Positions 43,529 through 44,044 of a stretch of 44,044 nt of DNA are shown here, one piece after another. A model generated the notes under the pieces. It did no database searches, was not told the DNA's origin, and was given only the letters and a program-made list of their open reading frames with translations. The first letter of the stretch is position 1, and the number at the start of each line of letters is the position of its first letter. Location: the IMG/VR virus record IMGVR_UViG_3300014158_000352, positions 1 through 44,044 of that record; one strand, given 5' to 3'. This stretch comes from a virus. Its lineage: Duplodnaviria > Caudoviricetes. The translations under genes were made by a program, and so were the position numbers.

Positions 43529-44044
43529 ATGACCGTCGTCTGCCGCCCGGGCGGCGACCCGACAGCGCACTCTCCGACCACCTGGAAACAGATCGACCAG
43601 GAGCTCGTCACCCATTCAGTCGCGGTGATCGCTGGCGCTCTCCACCCGCTGCACCTGGTCAATGGTGAGCCGCACGTCGGTTCGTTGGCGGACTACGCCG
43701 AGCAGGCGGTCCTCCGCGGTTGGATCCACGGCTACCACCACCTGCGTCTGTTCGTTGAGCAGATCGAGGCTGGGACCGCTGAGCCGGTTCTGATCCTCGA
43801 CTCGCGCACGGCGCGGGCGGTCGGGATGAATGACGACGGGTCGGTCCGCTGGGAGGGCAAGTACATCGAATGGCCTGCCGCCGCCGAGTTCGCTTACATC
43901 GCTGCGCACGGGTTCATCCCGCTCTACCGACGCGTCTGCAAGAACACGGTAAAGGGTCGGTGCTCAATCGAGAGCGGTTGGGAGCAGCAGTGCTCGTTCC
44001 TCGACCCGAGCGACCCGAGTCACCCTAGATTCCACGAGTTCTAA
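43529..44044 (+). CDS. Hypothetical protein
   Basis: 171-aa ORF, co-oriented, GC3-rich codons; no motif recognised. Confidence 0.55.
   Translation: MTVVCRPGGDPTAHSPTTWKQIDQELVTHSVAVIAGALHPLHLVNGEPHVGSLADYAEQAVLRGWIHGYHHLRLFVEQIEAGTAEPVLILDSRTARAVGMNDDGSVRWEGKYIEWPAAAEFAYIAAHGFIPLYRRVCKNTVKGRCSIESGWEQQCSFLDPSDPSHPRFHEF

Larger units (their letters stand above)
1..44044. mobile_element. Temperate podovirus-like prophage/phage genome (probable actinobacterial host)
   Basis: Integrase, repressor/Xis switch, recombination genes, terminase, portal, capsid, fibres and lysin in tightly coupled operons (many ATGA/GTGA/TGATG overlaps); boundaries not visible. Confidence 0.93.

Overview
The whole 44-kb window reads as one temperate, high-GC phage or prophage, most likely of an actinobacterial host. 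The host inference rests on a Cheo-type LexA box, a leaderless TANNNT promoter, an Rpf-type domain and a DUF1906-like lysin. Left to right: (1) lysogeny module with tyrosine integrase, small membrane protein, XRE-like repressor and divergent Xis-like HTH; (2) rightward early block with Cas4-like exonuclease, ERF annealase, HNH, a secreted Rpf-like transglycosylase, a DnaA-domain-IV-like protein, MT-A70 methylase, many small hypotheticals and RusA; (3) short leftward operon with ParB-HTH, an Ocr-like DNA mimic carrying a +1 frameshift and small Zn-binding proteins, punctuated by two structurally conserved hairpins; (4) structured non-coding region and an RHH gene; (5) podovirus-type morphogenesis block with terminase, portal, large internal/ejection proteins, a non-canonical initiator-tRNA-like gene, scaffold, SU10/DUF5309-like capsid, glycosyltransferase, fibres, adaptor and nozzle; (6) lysis cassette and further virion-like genes. 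No tape measure, tail tube, helicase, primase or polymerase is recognisable. The att sites are not visible because the window starts at the integrase stop. All family assignments come from motif recognition by eye, not from database searches.
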